Origin: Malacoraja senta
Lineage: Eukaryota
Assembly: GCA_038087875.1 (NCBI GenBank)
Contig: JAXLNO010000396.1
Coordinates: 1-64,000, forward strand
Reading direction: 5' to 3'
DNA: 64,000 nucleotides
Positions 23,041-35,509 of the stretch are shown in pieces; the stretch's first letter is position 1, and every line of letters begins with the position of its first letter. Below the pieces are notes generated by a model. The model did not search any database, was not told the origin of the DNA, and was given only the letters and a program-made list of their open reading frames with translations. The translations under genes and the position numbers were made by a program.

Positions 23041-23907
23041 ATGGAAGCACAGGTAAATGAACAGTGTCAAAGCTGTGTCAAAAGGCTTTGTTGATATGTT
23101 ACACAAGGAGATTTCCGCACTGGCTACAAGTATGCAGCTCGGGAATAAGCAAGTTATTCAGACAATTGGTACTCTACAGCAACGTATTGAGAATGTAGAG
23201 ACCGAGCTAAAAGCAGAAATTGAACGGGTTGAGGAAGATTACAATGAAAAATTGGAGCCTGTTCTCACTACCTCTGCAGAACACAGCACTGCTATTAAAG
23301 ATCTGGAAACTGCGGTGAAGGATATGTCTGAAGCGATGAAGATAATGAAAGAAGATCAAGACCGAGTTTCTGGGCAACAGGCTAGAATGACCGACAAATG
23401 TCTCGACATCGAAGCTCGGTCAGGAGGGCAGAATTTAAGGATAGTTGGAGTGAGAGAAGGAAAGTAGACTGGAATGGACCCTCGGGATTTCACTGCCAAC
23501 TTACTTAAACAAGTATTCAAGCTGTCTGAAAAACCGAAAGTAGATGTTGCACACCGAGTTCAGGGAGCACATTCGAGGCCAGGTGCCCCCACCAGGACAG
23601 ATTATAGTGAAACTTCACGACATAGAAGCTCTTGAAGACATTATGAAAAACATTCCATTCGCAAAAAATCTGATGTTTGAATGTGAAATCGTACGATTCT
23701 TTAGAGACTACCCAACAGAACTGGCTAAGAAACGTGCTCTTTTTACAGACAAGACTGATCCTTAAAGGAATTCCGAACTTATGATATGGGATAATTTATC
23801 CTGCAAAAATGAGGATCACATATAATGATTTGGAGCGTTTCTTTATTGATCCAGAAGAAGCATTTAAATACGCACAAGAGCTAACAAAGGATATTACAGG
23901 ATAAGTA
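23041..23907 (+). pseudogene. L1 ORF1 remnant (coiled coil plus RRM)
   Basis: Heptad-like region followed by LDIEARS..QNLRIVGVREG; later VRFFRDYPTELAKKRA. Stops and frameshifts are present. Confidence 0.85.
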
Positions 23908-24929
23908 AAATGTCACGGTTATCCGGAGGTTTACCTTTTATATATCTCTGGTGATGGGGAAACTGAGAAAATATGACTTTTTAAATAAATATAAGCATAA
24001 AAGTTGCCGATAAGATGGCCGACGAATTTACACGTGTTTAAGTCTAGACACCTTATCGGCTTTGGAATGCAAACTGAAGGACAAACTTTTTTTGAACGAA
24101 AGATTTAATAAAATGGAACTACGCAGCATAGAAAATTAAATTAAATGGAGCGGAACGTAACAATTTACTAATGGAAAGATATAAATAATTATATACTAAC
24201 ACATAAATAACTGGACTAACTCATGTATTCTAATCTAAAATGTACTATCATAACCGAATAATGATTCATTTTTTCCTTTTTTTTAAGTCGATAATGAACA
24301 AGCTGTAGATTTATGATCGCTAGTTAAATCTGCTGGATTATTATACTAATAGACTAAAATATGTGTAATCGATTCGGGAAGACAAATTCCCAGTTATGCT
24401 CAAGATAAAGTAACAAGGAATCAGGCTGGAAGGGAGTGAAACATTTGGCAAGCAGCCAAGATTGCAATTTTGGTTAGCCCCTTCCAACCAGCAGTTTCTT
24501 ACTTAAATATACTGGGCTTTGTCTGCTAAGTTAAATAAGTAATTAAATAGTAAATAGTAAATACTTGTCCAGTTTAAGATATCAGTAGAACTACATGTTC
24601 GATGGTTTTCTCTATATTACCCGGTTTTGAACTGTTCTTTCTTTTTTACAATAGTTGTTTAAGGGAACGGAGCTTAATGCAATTTAACATCTACGGAAGG
24701 TTTCAAGAAGTTTGCTCCCACCATTTGGTGGGGTTTTTCGCGCAGTGTTTTTTTTAAATACTGTTTTCACAATTCTATGTTATTTAGCACTTCTTTTGAT
24801 TTTTCTTTAAGGGAACATTTTTAAGGGATCTACCAACAGAGTTTAGCAGCTGTGAGCACCCACCCAACACCCAGAAGCTTGAGGTATTGTGTTGCACCAT
24901 CTGAAATAAAGGTACCAATGTAATTTATA

Positions 24930-27900
24930 ATGCAAGACGATGCGCAAAAGAAAATTGGAGGAATTACGTTTTGTAGCTGGAACGTAAGGGGTGCTAACGA
25001 GCCAATTAAAAGGGGTAGGATTCTTGCCCAATTAAAATCACTTAATGCCGATATAATAGTTCTACAGGAAACACACTTGAAAGTTCAAGCTCAGGCCAGG
25101 CTGAAGGCAAATTGGATCGGCCAAACATATCACTCCTCCTATCTCTCTAAATCTAGGGGTACCGCACTCATAATTCGTAAAGGCATACCATTTAAACATA
25201 CGAATACCATCGCAGACAAAGAGGGGAGGTATATCATAATTACTGGAGAGATACATTCTACTCCACTCACCATGGTAAATATGTATGCTAATTTTGATAT
25301 TCCGCAATTTTTTAATAAAATCCTGAATATAATTTCTGAGTACAATTACCAAAATGTGATAATTGGGGGAGATTTCAATTGCGTTCTGGATCAATATCTG
25401 GATAAATCAGCCCAACAAAAGTGACTTAATATAAAATCAAAATCCAGTGAACTTTTAAATACATACATAAAAACACAAATATAACAGATGTATGGAGGAT
25501 TGCAAACCCGGCCGGAAGGGAATACTCCTTTTATTCATAAGTACACAAAACCTATACACGTATCGATTACACGATCGTGGACACGAAATTCATTCCCTTT
25601 ACAACAAATTATAAATATCATAATAGTGTCATCTCTCATCATTCTCCATTAACCTTCTTCCTAAAACTAGAAGGAATGTTCAATAAAAAATCGTTTTGGA
25701 GGTTAAGACGCCAAATTTTAAACAACCCGGACGGTTGTATATACTTAAAACAACAGATGGAACTTTTCTTTGAGACTAGTGATACCCCAGATATTTCACC
25801 CTCCCTATTATGGGAATCCTTTAAGACGTTTATCAGAGGTTCTATTATTTCATACCCAGCTTTTCAAAATTAAAATATTAGGATGGAACAATTGCAACTA
25901 AAAGAACAAATTAGACAACTTGAGTTAGAAAACGCGAAAGATCCAACTATAGATAAACACAACAAGATAGCAATATTGAAATTTAAACTAAACCGAATGT
26001 TATCTGCAAGTCATTAGACTCTTTCAAATTACAAAACAGGAAAATTTCGAATTTGCGATAAGCCACACAAACTTTTGGCACATCAGCTGAAAAAAGTGGA
26101 AAAGGATCACACTATTCTAAAAATCAAGTCAGATAAAGGTGAATTGCTAATGCTGCCTAAAGACATTAACAAAAGATTTGCTCAATTTTATCAAAATGTA
26201 TATACATCCAAAACATCAACAGACAGCAAGAACATTATAAACTTTCTGGACAACTGTAATCTCCCAAAATGTTGGAACAAGAGGAATTAGGAGCACACGT
26301 TTCAATTAAAGAAAGAAGAGAGAATAAACTCACTGAAAATGGTAAAACACCGGGACCAAATGGATTCAGTAATGAATTTTATTAAAGATTTCACGAGGTA
26401 ATTTCAACACGCTTACACAAGCTTTATAAATATGCATTTAAAGAACACACTACCAGAAACACTAGCAGAATCAACTATCACACTCATACCTAAAGAAGAT
26501 AGAGACCATAGTTCATACAGAGCAATTGCATTATTAAATACAGATCAGACAATATTAGCGAAAACTCTGGCAAGAAGATTAAGTAAATACGTTAGTAAAT
26601 TAATACATGCGGATCAAACGGGGTTTATACCCAAGAAGACATTCATTTAATAATCTGAGACGTCTTTTTAATATAATGTATTCACACAAAATTGAAGAAG
26701 ACTTAGCAATAATTTCATTAGATGCAGAAAAAGCATTCGACCAAGTAGAATGGGAAATCCTCTTCATAGTACTGCATAATTTCCAGATGGGGAGAACTTG
26801 ATTTCATGGATAAAATTACTATATGACATGCCGACTGCTAGAATATTGACCAACCACATACTTTCTCCGAAATTTCACTTATCCAGGGGCAATAGACAAT
26901 GTTGTGAATTATCAACCCTGTTATTTGCCCTTGCGACAGAGCCCTTAGCGGAAAGTATAATAATGCATCCGAATATTCACGGTTATAGTACTAAACATTC
27001 CAATAATAAAATATCATTATATGCAGATGACGTATTGTTATACAGTACAAAATCTCAAGTTAGTATACTAAATATATTAAGTCTAATAGATCAATCCGGT
27101 TCTTTCTCAGGATATAGAATAAACTGGAATAAAATGAAATCATGGCGATAAAACCCCAAGAGTCGCCACACCTTTTAAAATTTCCATTTAGAACTGCTAC
27201 AGAAAAATTTAAAATCCAAGTAACCAGAAAATATAGTTCTCTATTCAAAGCAAACTTCCTGCCTTTAGTTACTAAATTAAACGCTCTGATTCAATTCTGG
27301 AAAACACTTCAGATGTCTCTAATAGGCAGAATAAATGCCATAAAAATGATTTTCTCCCACAAATTCTGTATTTATTTCAATCAATACCGATATATCTACC
27401 TAAATTATTATTTTTTAAACTTGATTCCCAGATTACAAATTATATTTTGGATTATAAATCACATAGTATTCCTAAACGACTTCTATGTAAACCCAAAGAA
27501 ATTGGTGAATTGGCGCCCCACAATTTCTTATACTATTATTGGGCAGTGAATATTAAAAATGTAGTTCACCGGCTGGATAATTCATGTCAACAGGTAGATT
27601 GGTTACTAATGGAGAGAGAGGATTGCCTGCCTTTTAATATAGGCGTGATCCTTCTCTTCCCAATAAAGTTGAAGAACACAATATAAAAGAAAACCCCGAT
27701 TATTCATAGTACATTACGAGTTTGGAGGCAAGTAAAATTTACTCTTAAACTCAGAAATCTACCTCTTCTCTCCCCAATAGTTAATAAACCGTCGTTCAAA
27801 CCATCTATTATAGATAAAACGTTTATTCATTGGGAAAGACTAGGAATTAAAAAGGTTGGAGATTTGTACGAAATGGGAAACTTTTATCATTCCAGAAATT

Positions 27901-28670
27901 ACAGTCGAAATACAGTCTGAAAGGTAATCAATATTTTAGATATCTTCAAATTAGAGATTATTTGAAAACATATACTCACGAATACCAAACTCTGTTGCCA
28001 GATCTATTAGATGAAGGTATGAATAGAAACGCAGAGTCAAATAATTTAATATCATACTTGTATAATATCATTTTAAATATAGAAACTCCATCGTCAGATG
28101 TAACTAGAAGAAAATGGGAACAGGAATTAAGCTTAAAAATCCCCAAAGACAGATGGGAAAAATATGTTTTATATGTACATAATTGTTTGATTAATGTAAG
28201 ACATATTCTAATCCAATTCAAATGATTACACAGACTATATTACTCCCAAATTAAACTGAACAATCTTTTCCAAATGTATCTCCCATCTGCGACAAATGCT
28301 TATCTCAAGGAGCAACTATAACACACTCATTTGCCTCGTATAAAACTTCATAAATTTTGGAAAGGAATCTTTGAAATCTTCTCAAAATGATTAAAAAAAC
28401 AAAACTAGACCCCCACACAGAATTGATTATTTTTGGAATAACAGGAGTCTGCGCTATCAATATTTCAAAGACGTTTCCTTAATTATGGCCTGATAATGGC
28501 AAAAACACAAACTTAAATTTTGGAAAAATGCTTCTACCCCAACTCTCTAAATGTGGATTACAAACATGCCTGAGACGCTACACCATGAAGATATGAGACT
28601 CGTCTTAGCAGGAAAATCAGAGCAATTTTTAAAGATATGGTCTCCTTTTATTGATTCATTACAAGGATAG
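24930..28670 (+). pseudogene. L1 ORF2 remnant (APE endonuclease, RT, Cys-rich C-terminus)
   Basis: SWNVRG, LQETHL, IIGGDFN, SYRAIALLNTD, SLDAEKAFDQVEW, RG.RQ.C.LS.LLF, SLYADDVLLY. Many frameshifts. Confidence 0.93.
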
Positions 28671-29126
28671 TATGGTGCAACACAATTCTGGAATTAAAAC
28701 GATTCACGGACACGGTGATGGGTGTGGTGAGAAATGAAGCAGGTATATCAACACGTAATGGTCCCTTTTTTTCTTTTTTCTCATCTTTATTATTCTTCGT
28801 TTTTGTCTTTTCATTCTTTTTGGGCTTTTACTTATTCACTCCTGGACTGCACTATTTGGTAGTTTAGGGGTCACACATTCACTATTTCTTTCACTTTCTT
28901 CCTTTTTCGCACTTTCTCCCTTGTTCTATTTCTTTTTTGTTAATTTTAAATGGATGGTACAATAAATGTATTTTGTCATATGCCGCGGTTTATATTACTG
29001 TAAACTGCTTCCAATAAAAATATTAATTAAAAAAACGTTGGCTTGCTCCTCCCTCCGGCGGTGAATGTCAGGAGACGTATCTCGGAGCGGAGAGACTGCG
29101 GCCGCCCGCCTCTGGGATGGATGCGC

Positions 29127-31099
29127 TCAGGGCGGGGATTTATTAATGAGCCGAAGCACTGAGGTGAGCGGATATTTCACCGCGCTTTTCAACTGCTCCC
29201 TGAACTTGGACTGGGTTACCGCGTAAATAAATGTGTTGGTGCAGCAGCTGAGGTTCTTCAGCAAAATCCCGACGAAGTGAAAGATATACTGAGAATCATT
29301 CTTATCATTTCCAGTTCCTGTGATCTGATAATAGACGAAGTTTACAACCAGCGTCAGCCACAGGAGGATGAAGCTGCCGGAGATGGTGAAGAGTAAAACC
29401 ATAGACCTCCTCCTGCTCTCCATCTCCGGGTCACTGCGGTTCTCCCCCTTGCTCTCACCCCTCAGCCCCTTACGGACCCGACTGGCCACTAAAATGTGCC
29501 GGACTGTCAGAGCGTTGAGCAGCAGGATTACAGCGAAAGGGAGGAACGGAGTTAAAACCGTGTCGATCCAGTCAAATGCTACCCACCCGGGGTCAGTGTA
29601 ATAACTGGCCACCGTGAGACAGGCCCACGGGACATTGTCGATGATATATCTGGGTTCCCGTGTGAAGTAGCGCGGAATGTTTTTCACACAGAACAGAACG
29701 CCGGCTGTTGCCAGAACCACAGCCGCAGTTTTCCCGGTGCAATATTTAGTTTTCAGCTTCTGGCAACAAATGGCGACAAAGCGATCAAAGGTGAAAGTGA
29801 CCGTGAACCAGACAGAACAGTCTGTAGCTGCAGATTTCAGTACTTCGTTAACACTGCACACAGGGTAGAGGGACAGGAAACTCCAATAAAAGTAATGATA
29901 TTTGATCCAATACAAAATGACCTCGGTGATGACGGCCAGTAGATCGGCCGCTGCCATGGCCACCAGGTAGCGAGTGGTGCAGGTGGAGAGGCCGCACTTT
30001 CCCCGAGACAGGGTCACAATCGCCACTAAATTAACTGCGGAAAGAGAAGGGAACGGACACTGGGCATTTACTCAACACGGTCTCCGGGGCTGAACACCGG
30101 CTCGACTTTCAGCTCAAGATCAGGAGTGTTGGAGTCGGTGCGCGGCTGCTGCAAGTTTAATAATGTCAGAGCCGGCTCCGACTGTGCCCGACCTGTCTGC
30201 CTGCTTCAGGGCAGAAGATATAAAGCGACGGGCGTGCGGGGTAAAGGACGGGGAGGGACCGAGCAGCCACCCGCTACATTAGGCCCAATGGTCCTTTCTA
30301 TAGTTAACCCTACTGCTGCTCACAGTCTCTGGTGGGGCCGCTTTCACAGACTTAACCGTGACCGGCGGCGTGTAACCAGTGCTCCGGGAACTCGGCATCT
30401 GATGGGTACGAGGAGGCTTCCAGAGGGAAGGCAGGGACAACATGGAATCCGACAGCAGAGTGGATTCATTCCACAGTGAGTTTAGTTCAGTAACAACACA
30501 CACACACGCCGGTAGATCCGCGGCAACTGGTCCAGGAGATGGATCCAATTATAGACCAACAGACTGGTGGGTGGAATCCGACTGTGACAGACAGACTCCA
30601 CAGTGAGACACCGTGTCCACAGGAGCGGCTGTTCACTCTGATCAATAACTCAGACACAGTGAACTTCACAATGTGAACCCCTCTCTCCCAGTCACACCGT
30701 CCCGGACAGCTGCCTGCCTGCCTGTCTGTCCCGAGCACTGGGACAACTCTGGGCAGGGTCCCACTGAAGGCAAGAATAACATTCTAGTCGCTCCCGGCCG
30801 GCAGGAGTGAGAGAAAAAGAGGCTCAGTTTCAGCTGTCTGAAAATAAGACAAATCACAGCAGCGTTAATTCACAATATTTCACTGAGAGGATTGATATTC
30901 TTCACATATTCGTGTACAGCGATCATCAGTTGGGAACTTGTAACATGATGAGAATGAGGTCAACACCAGTTAACACACGGATGTAGTTATAAAACGTGAA
31001 TTGTTCCGCTCACTTACCAGGGACTCCAACGGCAGCAATGATCACGTACAGGATTTTCTCCACACTATAATATTGCTCCAGTTTTACCCTGTGCCCCAT
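29127..31099 (-). CDS. GPR139-like: Two-exon class A orphan GPCR, GPR139/GPR142-like, 329 aa. Exon 1 is 31099-31018, exon 2 is 30034-29127, with a 983-bp phase-1 GT-AG intron.
   Basis: Exon 1 reads MGHRVKLEQYYSVEKILYVIIAAVGVP with donor G|GTAAGT and start context AAAATGG. The acceptor is CCTTCTCTTTCCGCAG. The join restores TM1 (GVPVNLVAIV). Other motifs: TM2 AADLL, TM3 C..FTFDRFVAIC, TM5 LPF, TM7 NTFIY. No stops. Orthology to GPR139 itself is not established. Confidence 0.88.
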
Positions 31100-31179
31100 T
31101 TTCTCCGCCCAGCGACGTGTCCCCGTGAGCTACCGGTAATGTCTCGGAACGAAATGGTGAGGCAGAACATTCCTGGAGA

Positions 31180-31186
31180 TTTTATA
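31180..31186 (-). promoter_or_regulatory. Candidate TATA box of the GPCR gene
   Basis: TATAAAA on the minus strand about 80 bp upstream of the ATG. Position is the only support. Confidence 0.4.
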
Positions 31187-32849
31187 CCATTTTCCGTCAC
31201 CACCGGGACAGTGAAGTTTAAACAGAGTTTAAAATTAGAGATTTTGAAATGATTCACAAACAGATGACATCAGCCGAGTGAAATCCCTGCTGAGACAGGT
31301 TGTGATTTAATCAGGGAATTGATTGAGAAACTCCAAAGACTGGGAATTGTGGCGATAGACACTGAGGGGTGGAAATTGGGAGCGGCGGCGTTCCAGCAAA
31401 GACGATATTGTTTCAAACTCCATCAGATCCAACTCTCCACCTCATGTTGTTTGTCTGATTTCCTTCAATCCGTTTCACTCAGCAAGGCAATGCCAAATTC
31501 CAGGGACCCTCACAGGGCTTCTGGTGCCCAGTTTGAAGGTGGACTGGTCTGGGCGACCTTTTTCCACAGGTTGAGGAATTAGTTCAACACATCACTGCGG
31601 ACTAAAATGCCTCCCCCCCACCTCCACTCTGATTCACCACTCAATATGATCGCGGCTTCATTGACTGTGACCTCAACCCCACACTCCCGCTGACTGACCC
31701 CGGGACACATTCACTCCCTGCTTGCCTGGAATAGATCTGTCTATACCATGGGACAATAACATTCTCTGCCTTCATCACCCCTGAGGAGGAACGTCCCAAA
31801 GACTCACGACACTCAGAGAACAGAAAGATTGCCGCCTAAGAATTGTCCTAAACCTAAATAAAACGGCGAACGATGCAGCACCTCTTCCTTCTCTCTTTCT
31901 CTCTCCCTCCATCCTTCCTGCTGTCACACTCTCTGAACTGTTACGCTCTCTCTCCTACGCTCTCTATTCCCCCCTCTCTGGGCTGCCCTCTCTCTGTCCA
32001 TTGATGGAGTGACACACAGTGGGATAGTACTGATGCCGGGATAAAAATGGGGCAGAACTGACGTAGTGACACACTGTGGTGGTACTGATGGAGTGACACA
32101 CTGTGATGGTACTGATGGAGGGACACACTGTGGTGGTACTGATGGAGGGACACACTGTGGTGTTACTGATGGAGGGACACACTGTGGTGTTACTGATGGA
32201 GGGACACACTGTGGTGTTACTGATGGAGGGGCACACTGTGGTGTTACTGATGGAGGGGCACACTGTGGTGGTACAGATGGAGTGACACACTCCGGTGGAA
32301 CTGATGGAGGGACACACTGTGTGGTTGTGCAGATGAAGTGACAAAATATGGGGTAGTACTGATGATGTGACAAATTGTGGGTTGTACTGATGGACTGAGA
32401 CACTGTGGGGTAGTACAGATGGACTGACATTCTGTGGGTTGGACTGATGGAAGTGACACTGTGGGACAGCACTGCTGGAATGACACTGTGAAATAGTACT
32501 GATGGAGTGACACACCGTGGGGTAGTTCTATTGGAATTACACACTGTGGGGTTGTCGTGATGGAGTGACATAGTGCGGCTAGTACTGATGTAATGACACA
32601 CTGTGGGGCAGCACTGAAATAATGACACTGTGCTAGTACCTATGGAATGACACACTTGGTCAGTTAGTCTTGATGAAATGACACATTGTGTTGTAGTACT
32701 GATAGAGAGACACATATGGAATGATATATTCTGGGGTAGTGCTGATGAAGTAACACTCTTTGGGGTAGTACTGATATAGAGACACATTATATGGTACTGC
32801 TGATAGAGGGAAACACTGTGGGATAGTACTGATGGAATGACACTGAGGA

Positions 32850-32850
<1 letters not shown>

Positions 32851-32886
<36 letters not shown>

Positions 32887-33720
32887 ATTTTATTTATGGG
32901 CGCCTTACACCAAGTCTCAACGACACCTTACAGAGTTTAACAAGTAAGAAACATATAATCGGAGTAAAATAAATTATAAAGACATCACCAATACACGAAC
33001 TTAAAACATAATTCGATCCAAAGACACAAAACAATCAGAAACACAACGTGAAGAGAGAGCAGCGGCAGTTAAACCGCGCCAGCGTCCACTCTCCCCTCCG
33101 ACCACCATCTTGGACGCAGACTGAAAATAGACATTACACACAAAAATCATCCCCCCACAATGGTTACCACTGTGGGGGAAGGCACAATGTCCAGTCCCCA
33201 TCCTCAGTTCTCCCAAAGTCAGGCCTATTGAGGCCTCCGCTATTGCCTCTACGGAGGCCCGATGTTCCTGGCCGTTCTCAGCGGGTGCTGTTGCCCTGGC
33301 GTCTGGAGAGTCCTCTCAGCGGCTGGGCCACCTGGAACGGCCGCATTCCCTACCGGAGGCCGCGGCTTCCGAAGCCGACAAGGCCGCGCCGATTTGGAGT
33401 TCCCAGGCTCCCGATGTTGAAGTCGGCGCCGCCCACTCCGCTCCGCAGACCCGCAGCCCGGAGGTGTTGAGCTCGGCGGTCACAGCTCACCGTAGCTCCA
33501 GCGCGTTGATCCAGCGCGGCGACCCAGGCAATGCATCGCCCGCTCTGCTCCGCGATACGCTCCAGCGCTGTGCCGCCACCGAAGCCGAGCTGCTGAGCGG
33601 TCCCCGACAGGAAACGGCGCTCCAAGGACGGGTCGACGGGGCAGCCCGGAGAAAAAGCTGCCTCACCGACCAGGTAGGGACCTAGAAATATGGTTACCCC
33701 TTCGCCCTACATTAAAGAGT
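32851..33720 (-). mobile_element. GC-rich non-coding retroposon with an L2-type 3' end and a (TTA)n tail
   Basis: The minus strand ends ..TGTAAGGCGCCCATAAATAAAATGTA(TTA)n at 32851-32910. The CpG-rich body spans ~33050-33680. The 5' boundary is approximate. Confidence 0.65.
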
Positions 33721-34476
33721 CAATTGATGGTGTGACACTTTGGGGACGTACAGATGGAGTGACTTTCTGGGACAGTACATTTTAAGTGACAAACGGGGTG
33801 GTGTAGTACTGACGGAGTAATACACTGTGTGTTAGTACAGGTGGAATTACACACTGTGGGGTAGTATTGATGGAGTGACTCACTGAGGTAGAGCATTGAT
33901 GGAGTGACACACTGTGGAGTAATACTGATGGAAAGGCACACTGTGGGTTGGTTCTGATGGAGTACCACTCTGTGTGGTGGAACTGATGAATCGACTCACT
34001 GCGAGGTCGTACTGATGGAGTGACATAATCTGGGGTAGTACTGACGTAATGGCATTCAGAGGAGGAGTACTGATGGATTGATGCGCTGTGAGGCAGTACT
34101 GATGGAGGGACACACTGTAGGATGATACTGGTGGAGAGAGACACTGTGAGATGGTAAGGAAGGATTGCCACAGTCTGGGATAGCACTTATGTACTAACAC
34201 ATTGTGGGGTAGTACTGATCGAGTGACGCACTGTGTGTAAGTACTGATGTTGTGGCATACTGTGGGATAGGACTGACGGGGAGACACTGTGGCATAGTAA
34301 TGATGGACTGACACTGTGTGACAGAGCTGATGGAATGGCACACTGTAGGATAGTACTGATGGAGTGACAAACTTTGGGGTATTACTGATGGACTGACACA
34401 CTGTGTGGAAGTACAGGGAGTGACATACTGGGGAACCTCTGATGGAGTGATTCTATTTTTGGTAGCACTGATGGTA

Positions 34477-35509
34477 GGTATGTTACAAAACTTACCTTCA
34501 GTCGCGCTGTAATTCTGCCACTGGCCGTGTGCGCGATTTTGGCGCCTTAAGGGGGGGCGGGGTTAAAACGCGGGTTTCTCCTCCCTTGTCCTGGGAATAT
34601 TTTGTTGGAGTACATGCCTTGGCAGACAAAATCGTTCCTACCGGCGTTTTGTGAATTTTTTATTTTTATTAAATCGTCAATGTCAGCGCTACAGTAATTT
34701 TAAAAGCAGCTCCTGAAGCGTCAACGCCGATAACGGGGACGGATTTCACACACGGGACAGGTAAACGAAAGTGGTTTCTTTAAATGTATAAAAGTGCTTC
34801 TTAAGAAGCCTTTAATTCACATTTTTTCATGCGACACGGTGATTTTATTCCCCGAATTAACGGCAGTATTTTTCATGCCAATACGGGGTTAAATTCACCG
34901 CAAATGAACGTTCCAAAAGATCGCCTTCCAGAAATTCTCAACGCAAGATGAATTAAATCCCCATTAATTTACAGGTATTAAACATTCAATTTCTTCCATT
35001 TGGCCTGTAAATTCATGAAAATTAGATTAAAAAATTATGTTATATTGTGAATTATTGTGTGAATGTTATTTGGACACAGGCTATTTAAAAATGTTAATCT
35101 ATTCTTAAAAAATTGATAGATGTTTAGATCTAGTAATTGAATTTTGTAATTAGCTACAATTAGGTAACTAACTAATTATATGCTTTACTTTCATGTCTTC
35201 GCAGAAAGATTGTTTCATATTTGTTTCAGAATGCTTCAATCCATAATAACTGAAAAGTTCTTTCAGTTATCATAATTTTTAAGAAAGTTATGGGCTTTTA
35301 ACTGTCCTCGATCACAGCTTTTGTGTTAAGTCAATGCAAAAGCAATAGGGAACTAGATGCTAATTTCTGAGTATGATAATGGCCATAACGTTTTTAATAC
35401 TGAAGATATGAAAGTGAATTAAGTGTCAAATTAAACTTCTTTTTATGCTTTATCTGATGGGATAAATTGCAGACTTTATTTTTTAAATCTCAAAATTTTG
35501 TAACATTGC
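34477..35509. mobile_element. ~1.03-kb non-autonomous DNA transposon (MITE-like) with a TA TSD
   Basis: TA|GGTATGTTACAAAA ... TTTTGTAACATTGC|TA: 14-bp TIRs with 2 mismatches. Removing it restores the minisatellite GGTACTGATGG. No ORF. Confidence 0.85.

Larger units (their letters stand above)
18881..29035 (+). mobile_element. Apparently full-length but decayed L1-clade LINE, with its 5' UTR split by a Rex1+Gypsy insertion
   Basis: CpG-rich 5' end ACTTCCGGTGGCGCCATG. ORF1 and ORF2 remnants are listed separately. The T-rich 3' UTR ends in AATAAA and an A-rich tail at ~29035. Confidence 0.85.

Noticed and set aside
29127..30026. GPCR as a single-exon gene starting at the ORF-track start
   Set aside because: That start is GTG within TM1. 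A strong acceptor at 30035 and an upstream ATG exon complete the helix.
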